This document shows positions 8,636 to 17,394 of a stretch of DNA of 64,000 nt, one piece after another. The notes under the pieces were generated by a model. That model was not told the origin of the DNA. It ran no database searches and was given only the letters and a program-made list of their open reading frames with translations. Each line of letters starts with the position of its first letter. The stretch's first letter is position 1. The position numbers were made by a program, and so were the translations under genes. This DNA comes from an uncultured Chloroflexia bacterium (GTDB taxonomy: Bacteria > Chloroflexota > Anaerolineae > Anaerolineales > UBA4823): assembly GCA_963827155.1 (NCBI GenBank), contig CAWGZV010000003.1:660984-724983 (forward strand), in the 5' to 3' direction.

Positions 8636-9475
8636 TCAGGTATTTTGGGAAATCAGGCTGCTGGATTTATTTCTCCAAAGGAGGTAAATGACTCCGCCCA
8701 AATAGAGAAAATATGCAAGCATCTCCATCAGCGAAGGATTGGCATTATACCCGAACATGACTTTCAACATCGTCCCCAATGTAGATTGATCGTCCAGTAG
8801 GGGAGAGAGATCCCAAACATGCTCTACGATCGCAGGCAGGATTCCGGCTTCATTGAGCTCATGTACGCCGTGTCCAATCAGGCCTGCCGCGAAAAGGACC
8901 AGCAGCGCACCGGTAAATTGGAAAAACATCCGAATATCTAATCGAATGGAGGCAGAGAAGATGGCGAACCCAATCGCGACAGCTCCGACCAGTCCTAGCG
9001 CGGTCCCGATAAGGGCTGAAGATGGATTGGTGGCTAGCGCAGTTGCAGTAAAGAAAATCGCCAATTCTGTGCCTTCGCGCAGGACGGCAATGAATGCCAG
9101 GAAGAAAAGAGCCCAACGATTTGTGCGAAATACAGAATGTCTCACACCAACCTCAAGATCTGTTGATATGGATCGGGCCTGGGTTTGCATCCAGAAGATC
9201 ATCCAGGTCAGGAGAAGAGCTGCCAACAGCATGGTAAATCCTTCAAAGATCTGTTCAGATTTCCCACTCAAAGACGCACCCATTCCCAGCAAAATGATCG
9301 CAACGAGAGCGCTGGAAATCACCGCACCGATGACACCCACCCAAACAACATGATTGTAAACGCCTCGATTTATCTTCCTCAGCGTTCCCAAAACAATACT
9401 GATGATTAGAACAATTTCGACCCCTTCTCTTAATGCGAGCAGAAATGCAGGAAGCATATCCATCTCCATGATCAA
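8636..9475 (-). CDS. FTR1/EfeU-family high-affinity iron permease
   Basis: The 7-TM-like protein carries the two diagnostic REXXE motifs (REGVE and REGTE). Confidence 0.85.
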   Translation of the reverse strand: MIMEMDMLPAFLLALREGVEIVLIISIVLGTLRKINRGVYNHVVWVGVIGAVISSALVAIILLGMGASLSGKSEQIFEGFTMLLAALLLTWMIFWMQTQARSISTDLEVGVRHSVFRTNRWALFFLAFIAVLREGTELAIFFTATALATNPSSALIGTALGLVGAVAIGFAIFSASIRLDIRMFFQFTGALLVLFAAGLIGHGVHELNEAGILPAIVEHVWDLSPLLDDQSTLGTMLKVMFGYNANPSLMEMLAYFLYLGGVIYLLWRNKSSSLISQNT

Positions 9476-9569
9476 GTTTTTCCCTACATGGTAAAAGCGC
9501 TGGGAACACCCTAATTACGCCTTCAGGACATAGGAAGGTTAAGTTATTTTACAAACTAGACAGGAATTG

Positions 9570-11039
9570 TCAAGTATTGGATTTTTCGATTCTGGAAGAT
9601 CTGGGTTTTTTTGTTTCGGGAAACCTGATCTTTTTTGGATTTGGACTGCCTGTGAAGGGTGGAACCGTGATGGCAAAGATCTCGCAAAATCGACGATCGA
9701 GCATCCGACTGCGCAGGCGGGGATCCATCTCCTCCAGGCTTGTTGCCGAAGTGATTACTGTAGGAAGCTCCAAATGATATCGAAAGTTGAACAACTGATA
9801 AAGCTTCTCTTTGACCCACGCTGTCGATGATTGCGTCCCCAGGTCATCCAGGATCAATAGCGAGGTGTGTCGGATTTCTTCAAATCTGCGGTCCAAAGAG
9901 ACATTGCTGTTTGGGTTGAACGTGGCGCGCAAATGGTCCAATAAATCTGGCACTGAGATCAACATAGGTGGATCGGCGCGTGAGGCAATATAATTTCCGA
10001 TCGCAGCAGCCAGATGGGTTTTTCCAGAACCATATCCTCCGATCAGCACCAGCCAACCAACTGGTGTCATCGCGAACTTCTTTGAAGCTTGTAATGCTTT
10101 CTCAAGGCTTCGATGATCTTCACTGCTTAGGGTTTCGGACTGTCTGAGGTCAAACGTTTCGAAAGTCTTATTCGGAAACATATCTAAGGAAGAAAGCTCG
10201 TGATAACCGATATCCCCTTTCGGATTCCGGTAATCAGGAGCAAGAATTTTTACAACTGAGACCAGGTCTGGATTATTTAGTCGGGATTGGATCCGATCTT
10301 CGATGTCCTTGTCGCTCAGATTGGTTGTTACTACGAGCGGCAACCGATTTGTGTATCGATAGTTGATAATTTGGAACAATTTCTCCTGAGCCCAGGCGGT
10401 GGCATTCTGGGTGCCAAAATCATCCAAAACCAGGAGCGGCGCCTGGCGGATCCGTTCGAATTTCTCTTCGAAGGTGCTTAGGGGATCGTTATACGCAAAT
10501 CTCAGCTCATCCAGCATATCGGGAACTGTAATGAATAGAGTGGGAACACCAACTTGTACGGCGAAATTTGCGATCGCAGCGGCGAGGTGGGTCTTACCGC
10601 AGCCGTATCCGCCTTGCAGCACCAGCCAACCGTTCAAGTGCTGGGAGTAAAGCCTGGATTGGTTGAAAGCGGATTCGAGCGAATCTGCCTGACGCGGAAA
10701 TAGCCCCATCCTTCCCCGAGGCTCAAAATTCTCGAACTTTAAGTTGCCAAGCTCATCCAACTGGCTGAGCTCATACAGGCGCTGCCGCACCTGCTGGCTC
10801 ACTTGCTCCTGACGGCAGGAGCAGATGTGGATTTTTCCGAAATCAGGATGATCAAGCGGTACCTCCATACGCAGATACCCAACACCTTTGCACAAAGGGC
10901 AATCTGGGTCTCCCGAGAAATCCCCTCGCTTGGAGGCGGTCACATCAGTGCTCGATATAGTCTGAGAACTCGCCTTCCACGTATCGTCGGCGATCTTCTT
11001 CAGCATTGGATCGATCTTCCGGCTTTTCTTGTCTGCCAT
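9570..11039 (-). CDS. DnaC/DnaI-like helicase loader with two tandem AAA+ modules and an N-terminal Cys cluster
   Basis: Module 1 has GGYGCGKTHLAAAI, LLVLDDFG and EKLFQIINYRY. Module 2 has GGYGSGKTHLAAAI, LLILDDLG and EKLYQLFNFRY. The N-terminus has CPLCKGVGY...HICSC (a CxxCxGxG-type motif). A GAGAAGGAAAGC Shine-Dalgarno-like element precedes the ATG at 11039. Confidence 0.8.
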   Translation of the reverse strand: MADKKSRKIDPMLKKIADDTWKASSQTISSTDVTASKRGDFSGDPDCPLCKGVGYLRMEVPLDHPDFGKIHICSCRQEQVSQQVRQRLYELSQLDELGNLKFENFEPRGRMGLFPRQADSLESAFNQSRLYSQHLNGWLVLQGGYGCGKTHLAAAIANFAVQVGVPTLFITVPDMLDELRFAYNDPLSTFEEKFERIRQAPLLVLDDFGTQNATAWAQEKLFQIINYRYTNRLPLVVTTNLSDKDIEDRIQSRLNNPDLVSVVKILAPDYRNPKGDIGYHELSSLDMFPNKTFETFDLRQSETLSSEDHRSLEKALQASKKFAMTPVGWLVLIGGYGSGKTHLAAAIGNYIASRADPPMLISVPDLLDHLRATFNPNSNVSLDRRFEEIRHTSLLILDDLGTQSSTAWVKEKLYQLFNFRYHLELPTVITSATSLEEMDPRLRSRMLDRRFCEIFAITVPPFTGSPNPKKIRFPETKKPRSSRIEKSNT

Positions 11040-11664
11040 GCTTTCCTTCTCGCTGCCATCGCTCTAGAATTGTCTGCGCATAGCGCCAGCTCCGCTTATT
11101 GTTCTCAACTGCGATCCTGATCGCCTCTTCTATCCACGAAGATGGATAAGTACGTTCAGCTTCATTCAATGCTTCTGCGATCATCGGCGTGATCATCCCG
11201 ATATTTTCTTCGTAAAGGCGGAAAATATTTGAGGGCTCTTCAGGATTAAACTGTACTCCCGTTCTTGAAATTTCGGGTTTCCATTTGCCATTCTCAATTG
11301 CTTTGATTGCCAGGCGCCCTCTTGGAGAATTCAACAAATAGATCGTTTCGGTACTATTCGTGTTTGTAACTTCCACTGGCAGTAAGAAGCCTCGTTTTAC
11401 CGCCAGCTTCAAACTTTGCCTGAGGCAAGCTTCTGCATCATTCGGATTCTCACCCCAAGATAATAACAACAAAGGATTTTCAACAAAGTCTGCCCAACGC
11501 AGATACCTGAATGAGCCTTCCATCCGATCCAGATGCCAAAAAACGAATAATGCAACCTTCAACTCACCGATGTCCTCGATCTTCGGCAGCAGCTCAAAAA
11601 AGAAGGAAGAAGGTATCGGGATTTGATGGATTTTACCTTCAGGAAAACCTTCGAACTCAGCCAT
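10945..11664 (-). CDS. DnaD-domain replication initiation/primosome protein
   Basis: It has a C-terminal DnaD/DnaB_2-like domain (NIFRLYEENIGMITPMIAEALNEAERTYPSSWIEEAIRIAVENNKRSWRYAQTILERWQREG). It lies between dnaB and the loader gene on the same strand. Confidence 0.65.
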   Translation of the reverse strand: MAEFEGFPEGKIHQIPIPSSFFFELLPKIEDIGELKVALFVFWHLDRMEGSFRYLRWADFVENPLLLLSWGENPNDAEACLRQSLKLAVKRGFLLPVEVTNTNSTETIYLLNSPRGRLAIKAIENGKWKPEISRTGVQFNPEEPSNIFRLYEENIGMITPMIAEALNEAERTYPSSWIEEAIRIAVENNKRSWRYAQTILERWQREGKHGRQEKPEDRSNAEEDRRRYVEGEFSDYIEH

Positions 11665-11665
11665 G

Positions 11666-13039
11666 CTACCCTATCTTTGATAAATCAACCTGATACGTTG
11701 CAGCATTTTCGAATTTTGCGATCTGGTTCCTGAAGATCAGCTCGATCGTACCGACCGGTCCATTTCTGTGTTTTGCCACTTTAATCTGGGCGATATTCTG
11801 CTTGAGCGAGTCCTTCTCATAAAGCTCTGGACGATGAATGAACATGACGATATCCGAGTCCTGCTCAAGACTTCCGCTCTCACGCAAATCAGAAAGCTGT
11901 GGTTCTTTGTCAGCTCTTTGCTCAATAGCCCGAGAGAGTTGGGCTGCGGCTAGGACGGGCACGTTCAGCTCGCGCGCAAGCACTTTCATGTTTCTCGAAA
12001 TATATGAGACTTCTTGAACGCGGTTCTCGGACCTGGTGCCGCTGCTCATCAACTGCAAATAGTCAACCAGAATCAAATCCAGTTGATATTCGAGGTGCAG
12101 TCGGCGAGCCTTTGTTCTGAGCTGCAGCGGCGTGAGTGCAGGCGTATCATCCAGAAACATTACAGTATCGCCGAGGACTTCGATCGCATGAGTAAATAAG
12201 GGCCACTCATCTTCTGTTAGCTTACCTGTACGAAGTCGCTGGGAATCGATTCCGGTTTCTTGTGCAATCATGCGTTGGACTAGCTGCTCACTGGACATCT
12301 CTAGAGAAAAAATTGCCACATGCTTTTTATATTTCTGAGCTGCGTTCTTGGCTGCAGAAAGCATGAATGCAGTCTTTCCTGACCCAGGTCTTCCGGCAAT
12401 AATCAGGAAATCTGATGGCTGAAGGCCACCCAAGAGGCGATCCAAATCGAGGAACCCAGTTGGCACACCGTAATTCTCTTCATCACGGCTGGAGAGCTGA
12501 TCCATCCGGTCGTAATACTCGCTTAATACCTGCTTGATCGAACGAAGGTCGCGCGTTGTCCTCCTTTCGCTTACCCCAAATACAGCCTTCTCCGCTTCAT
12601 CCATGACGGTGTCGACGCTGGATTCTTGTTGATAAGCCAGCTTGGCGATATCGTTTGCAGCCGCCAGCATCTTTCTGCGGATTGCGGTCTCTTCGACAAG
12701 CTTGCCATAAGCTTCAGCGTGTAAAGAAGATGGCACATTATTGATTAATGTAGAAAGATATGCCGGTCCACCAACCTCAGACAGCTGTCCATGCTGTTCA
12801 AGCTCTTCAGAAACCGTCAGGAAATCAATCGGAATCCGGCGATCGTGAAGCCTGCCGAAAGTTTCCCAAATCCAGCGGTGGCGGTGAATATAAAAATCAT
12901 CAGCCCTTAAGAAGCTGGCCACATCGTAATACGATTCGGGATTGATTAATACGGAACCTAGTACAGCTTCTTCAGCTTCTCGGCTGTGGGGAACGATCTG
13001 TGGGGAGGGGCTTGACGCAATAGTGGTGTCGGTGTCCAT
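11666..13039 (-). CDS. dnaB: replicative DNA helicase DnaB
   Basis: It has PHSREAEEAVLGSVL, Walker A GRPGSGKTAF, Walker B LILVDYLQLM, AAQLSR and HRNGPVG. I prefer the ATG at 13039 (MDTDTT...). The ORF-track start at 13105 is a TTG that adds 22 poorly conserved residues. Confidence 0.92.
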   Translation of the reverse strand: MDTDTTIASSPSPQIVPHSREAEEAVLGSVLINPESYYDVASFLRADDFYIHRHRWIWETFGRLHDRRIPIDFLTVSEELEQHGQLSEVGGPAYLSTLINNVPSSLHAEAYGKLVEETAIRRKMLAAANDIAKLAYQQESSVDTVMDEAEKAVFGVSERRTTRDLRSIKQVLSEYYDRMDQLSSRDEENYGVPTGFLDLDRLLGGLQPSDFLIIAGRPGSGKTAFMLSAAKNAAQKYKKHVAIFSLEMSSEQLVQRMIAQETGIDSQRLRTGKLTEDEWPLFTHAIEVLGDTVMFLDDTPALTPLQLRTKARRLHLEYQLDLILVDYLQLMSSGTRSENRVQEVSYISRNMKVLARELNVPVLAAAQLSRAIEQRADKEPQLSDLRESGSLEQDSDIVMFIHRPELYEKDSLKQNIAQIKVAKHRNGPVGTIELIFRNQIAKFENAATYQVDLSKIG

Positions 13040-13113
13040 GGTTTCGAGATGAAAAACCGGGGGCGTCAGATCATAACCTGGCGTTCCCCGGCAGCAAGAC
13101 TGCAAAGGTGAAT

Positions 13114-13671
13114 TTAATGATCCTTGTCTTCGCTGTCTTCACTGTCCGTTTCGTCCAGGTCTAAACCTTCAAGAAAATCCTGGAAAACTGAAAGTCGATC
13201 TTCGCTCTCTTCTCCCTCAGCCTCGGGCTTGGTCGGAACAGCGCTTTCTTCTTGAAGATCTTCTTCAGGGATAATCCCTGCTGAATCCATCACACTTCGT
13301 TCAACCAATATCGGTACATGAGTGCGCACTGCAATCGCAAGGGCGTCAGATGGTCTTGCGTCGACGTTCAGGATTTTTCCTTCTTTTTCTGCAACAATAT
13401 TTCCAAAGAAAGTGTCATCACGCAGCGATGTTACTTCGACTCGAATGATCCTGGCTTCCAGCTGCTGGAAAACATTTTTTAGTAAGTCATGGGTGAGAGG
13501 CCTGGCGACTTCAACTTCTTGCAGTGCGATTGTGATCGATTCTGCCTCGTAGACTCCGATCCAGATTGGCAGATACCGCTCGTTATCTTTCTCGCGTAAG
13601 ATCACAATCCGCTGTTGAGACATTAAACTCACCCGGATGCTGTCGATTGTGACCTCTACCATTTCGGACAT
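13114..13671 (-). CDS. bifunctional nuclease family protein (DUF151/BFN)
   Basis: It shows RYLPIWIGVYEAESITIAL, RPLTHDLL and ARPSDALAIAVR, as in the DUF151 family, plus an acidic C-terminal tail. Confidence 0.8.
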   Translation of the reverse strand: MSEMVEVTIDSIRVSLMSQQRIVILREKDNERYLPIWIGVYEAESITIALQEVEVARPLTHDLLKNVFQQLEARIIRVEVTSLRDDTFFGNIVAEKEGKILNVDARPSDALAIAVRTHVPILVERSVMDSAGIIPEEDLQEESAVPTKPEAEGEESEDRLSVFQDFLEGLDLDETDSEDSEDKDH

Positions 13672-13905
13672 TCAAGACCTCCGTACTGCCCATGCCATAT
13701 GCAGTATAACAATAAGTATTCTAACATGGGATGGCAGAGATGCAAGTCTTATTCAAGACTGCCACAATCTTAAATAAATCCTCCAAATATTTTATTGCAA
13801 TTTTTTAAAGATTATAGTTATAATCGCGGCTATCCGATAACAGGAGAGTTCTGGTGCTGAAAGAAGGGGTATGGTCTGCGCATCACTGCGCCAGCTTGAA
13901 ATGGT

Positions 13906-14571
13906 ATGAAAGCTAGAATTTTATGGATCGCAGGGAAGCGGGCTGAAAGCCCGCATTTTGTACCCGGTTTACGAAAGAAAGGGTACATTGTTGAGATGGT
14001 TCCCACAGGGACCGAAGCGCTGGCTTCCCTCCCTGAATTCGATCCGGATTTAATTGTGATTAATGCAACCTCCCTAAATTCCAGCGGCAAGCGGATTTCT
14101 CGCGGATTGAGAGCAGAAGCTCAAAATGTTCCAATATTAGTAATTCATAACAGCCAGAAATCCAGTCCTGCAAATTCTACCGATCCAAGTGCAGATGTAG
14201 TTTTACACCTACCATTCACTTCTCGAAAACTTCTTAATCGGATTCGCCCATTATTGCCTGGAGATAGCGGTAACCTCCTACATCAAGGACCCATCCGACT
14301 TGATTTCGATCGAAAGCGGTTATATTGTCACGGTCGAGAGGCATCCCTTACCCCTCGGGTGGCGCAGTTAATGAAGATCTTTATGGAGCACCCCCGGGTA
14401 GTATTGGAGCGAGAAGCTCTGTTCCGCCGAATTTGGAATACAGAATATACTGAAGACACCCGAACTCTGGACGTCCACATCAGTTGGCTGCGCCAAGCTT
14501 TAGAGGAAAATCCGCATAAGCCTCGTTTTTTGAAAACTATCCGCGGAGTGGGTTACCGGTTGGATGCATAA
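13906..14571 (+). CDS. OmpR/PhoB-type winged-helix regulator with a degenerate (pseudo-)receiver domain
   Basis: The C-terminus has LTPRVAQLMKIFMEHP...DTRTLDVHISWLRQALE...IRGVGYRL. The N-terminal receiver fold lacks the acidic pair (ILWIAGKRAES), the phospho-Asp (DLIVINATS) and the conserved Lys (LHLPF instead of KPF). Confidence 0.75.
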   Translation: MKARILWIAGKRAESPHFVPGLRKKGYIVEMVPTGTEALASLPEFDPDLIVINATSLNSSGKRISRGLRAEAQNVPILVIHNSQKSSPANSTDPSADVVLHLPFTSRKLLNRIRPLLPGDSGNLLHQGPIRLDFDRKRLYCHGREASLTPRVAQLMKIFMEHPRVVLEREALFRRIWNTEYTEDTRTLDVHISWLRQALEENPHKPRFLKTIRGVGYRLDA

Positions 14572-14608
14572 CTGGATTGACCCTGAAAAAGCTCTTCAAT
14601 CCCCCCGA

Positions 14609-16530
14609 TCATCCCTCACGAAAACTTCTTAGGGTATCCAGATAATATTCTGGTAGACCGATGTCATATCTTTTTCCATCCATTACCAACCCAAAAAAGC
14701 CGTGTTCCTGACGCAGGCGATCCAGGGCGGATGTGAGCTGGAATTCACCGCGCTCCCGTACATTGTTCCGGATATGCTCTTCGAGAAATTCAAAGATCGT
14801 CGGAGTAATTATGTATTGTCCAAAGATCGTAAGATACTCGTCTTGTGGAAAACCTGGAACCCGAAGGTTAAGCCTGGCATAATCGATAGTTGGTTTTTCT
14901 GAAAATTCCGTGACATTCAGCAAATGATCGCTCTCGATCCAAACTCCTGCCACAGTTCCAAAATTGGCGATCTGGTCTTCGGACGTTCGCCGCAGCCCAA
15001 CCAGATTGACCCCATGCTGCTGATACGCATCCAGTAATTGTTTTGAACAGGACTGTTCTCGATTTGAGCGATATAAGTGATCTCCTAACATTAGAAGGAA
15101 AGGCTCATTTCCCACCGCGTCTCGGGTGCAGTAGATAGCATGTCCAAATCCTTCTTGGGTTGTCTGTACAACAAATTTCACTCTGCGACCGATTTCAAGA
15201 ATCCTGCGAGAGTATTCTTGAAAATGTCCTGGAAGCTTATTGTAATTTTCGATGGAAATTTGCGATTTGAAGAACGATTTAAAATCGCTCAAGTCGTCTT
15301 CCTGAACCACAATAATGATCTCTTCGATACCGGCTTCTAACGCTTCTTCGACGATGAGTAAAATCGCAGGTTTCGCGATTCCATCTTTATCAATGATCGG
15401 GAAGAGCTCTTTCTTAGTAGCTTTTGTCGCCGGAAAAAGACGTGTGCCGAAACCCGCAGCAGGAATCACCGCTTTGCGGACTTTAACGCTTGGTCGCAAT
15501 GTCAGCTCAAGGCCAGTCAAACCGAGATCTCTTCTCAATATCTCGATCACCGCCTGCTGATCCTCCTGGCTTCGGGCGATAAACTGCGCTGTACCGTCTC
15601 CTTGCGATCCTACACCTTTTCCACCCCAGACGTGCGGTTTGAGGGGTCCATATTCAAGGACGCGATGCAGCTCTGGCGCTAGGAGCTCTTCAGGGCAGGC
15701 AGGGGCAGCATAACGGTCAAAGAAAGCCTGCGCTTCGACCATTAAGCTTCCCAACTGTTCGCCGTCTACATTCTGAAGCGCATCGATAGCCTGATTAACA
15801 ATCCTTTTATTTATCGGTCCGAGAAGCTCTTGCACCCCACGCTCCACCTGGTTTTCGGCAACTGGATAGCATCGGTTCAACCGGTTCAAAATTTCTAATG
15901 TATCTTTTCGGGCTTGCAGATCAACCACCACGAAATAGATTTCTTTCTTCACCTGCAGCTCGGTTGTATCGAGCCTATCACCATCAAAGACCATCAACAC
16001 CGGTCGATTGCCGAACGCGCAGCCCTGGTCCATTCGCCCGCATCTTGACGGGGTGGTGATCTCTCCCTGGTATGCAAGCTCCATTTCACCCCGCACTGTA
16101 AGTTTCAGATCATAAATTCGATTGAAGGCTCGGGCTGTGAGCACGCAGATCGCCGCGCTGGAAGAAAGCCCCTTTTAATGGGCAGATCTGTCTGAAAATT
16201 ATTCAGGATCAATCCTCGAACATGGTAGTTTGTCAGAGCCTGGTATGCGACCCCGGCTATATAACTCCAAAAACCGCCCTTTTGTGCTTCGTCGATAAGG
16301 GCTTTTGGCTCCATTGGGACTTCATATGGGCCGCGCTTTACCCCTTCAGGAGTTGTGGAGGTCATGATCAGCGAAGTTGGATGCGGTTTGACTTCTGCAT
16401 GGATGCCCTGGTCGGTGCCCGTAATCAGAGTGTATCCCTTTTCGATATCAGCGTTAATCCGCCGATACCCACCTGCCCAATCAGAATGTTCACCGAACAG
16501 GCAGATGCGACCTGGCACAAAGAGGTTCAT
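14609..16530 (-). CDS. bifunctional GHMP-family sugar 1-kinase / GalU-type UTP-sugar-1-phosphate uridylyltransferase (one frameshift at 16169-16176)
   Basis: The N-terminus has PGRICLFGEHSDWAG and, after restoring one A, PIKKGLSSSAAICVLTARAF (GHMP motif 2). A GHMP C-domain follows. The C-terminal half has KAVIPAAGFGTRLFPATKATKKELFPI and continues GalU-like to the end. Track ORFs 16105-16530 and 14609-16144 join at an A4G4 run. Confidence 0.75.
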
Positions 16531-16638
16531 AACAGCACTCCTGAAATTATTCTTGGTGTAAACATCGATCGGAATATACCCCAGGTCGAGGGAATTCGCA
16601 ACCAGGGATTAATTTTTTCCTGTAAAATAATCAACATA

Positions 16639-17394
16639 ATGGGTAATGACCAGGCAGTTCTTTTTGGGGTGGAAATCGATTCGCTCAGCCAGGATGAAAT
16701 TCTCGAGCGAATTGCTAAATCGGTATCGACGCAAGAACGGTTGCTGATTGCGCATGTGAATATTCATGGATTAAACCTTGCCTACAATCTGCCCTGGTTG
16801 AAGGATTTTTATAATCATGCTGGGCTGGTTTATTGTGATGGGTTTGGAATCAAGATCGGGGCTCGACTGGCGGGTTTTAATATCCCAGAGCGATTCACAT
16901 TGGCAGATTGGATATCGGATCTGGCACTGCTTGCAGCGGACCGCAGTTTTAAGCTGTTTTTCTTCGGGAACCCACCAGGAGTGGCAGATGATGCCGCAAG
17001 AAGACTGGTCGCGCTTTATCCAGATTTGTTGGTTTGCGGAGTCCAACATGGTTATATCGATCTTTCACCTGAGAGCTCGGATAACCAAACGCTGATTGCC
17101 AGGATCAATTCTCAAAAACCAGATATTATCCTGGTTGGTTTGGGAATGCCTCTTCAAGAAAAATGGCTGCTTGAGAATTGGTCAAACCTTGGCGCACCCG
17201 TCGCGATTACCTGTGGGGCATTGTTTGAATATATCAGCGGCGATCTGCCGCGCGGTCCTCGATGGATGACGGATCATTATCTTGAATGGCTGGCGCGCCT
17301 GATCATTTCTCCTCGCCGATATATAAAAAGGTATTTGCTGGATATCCCACTTTTTTCACTCCGTTTAGCAAGGCAAAGGTTGTATGGAAAATAA
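16639..17394 (+). CDS. WecB/TagA/CpsF-family (GT26) glycosyltransferase
   Basis: From the ATG at 16639 the protein reads LIAHVNIHGLNLA..VYCDGFGI..FFFGNPPGVADDAA..PDIILVGLGMPLQEKW..ITCGALFEYISG. The upstream part of the 390-aa track ORF is antisense to the kinase gene and shows no family similarity. Confidence 0.8.
   Translation: MGNDQAVLFGVEIDSLSQDEILERIAKSVSTQERLLIAHVNIHGLNLAYNLPWLKDFYNHAGLVYCDGFGIKIGARLAGFNIPERFTLADWISDLALLAADRSFKLFFFGNPPGVADDAARRLVALYPDLLVCGVQHGYIDLSPESSDNQTLIARINSQKPDIILVGLGMPLQEKWLLENWSNLGAPVAITCGALFEYISGDLPRGPRWMTDHYLEWLARLIISPRRYIKRYLLDIPLFSLRLARQRLYGK

Noticed and set aside
8853-9353. 166-aa ORF on the plus strand inside the FTR1 permease gene
   Set aside because: It is entirely antisense to a well-supported membrane-protein gene. 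Its Arg/Ala/Pro/Ser-rich composition is typical of a shadow frame, and it has no RBS.
9476-9569. Possible Fur or DtxR/IdeR-type iron box upstream of the FTR1 permease (AGGTTAAGTTA region)
   Set aside because: Only a partial half-site resemblance is present and there is no clear dyad, so the evidence is too weak to report as a feature.
9570-11039. IstB-like ATPase, which could indicate an IS21-family element or a prophage replication module
   Set aside because: There is no IstA transposase, inverted repeats, integrase or phage genes nearby. The gene is flanked by dnaD-like and dnaB genes in one co-directional string.
16169-16176. Possible programmed -1 ribosomal frameshift at A AAA AGG in the kinase/pyrophosphorylase gene
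   Set aside because: The site is not a canonical X_XXY_YYZ heptamer and I saw no downstream stimulatory structure. The same kind of one-base run-length error occurs in many unrelated genes in this window, including aspS and gcvT.
16222-16638. N-terminal 139 codons of the 390-aa track ORF (16222-17394)
   Set aside because: This part is antisense to the GHMP kinase N-terminus and shows no TagA-family similarity. Family similarity begins at the ATG at 16639.
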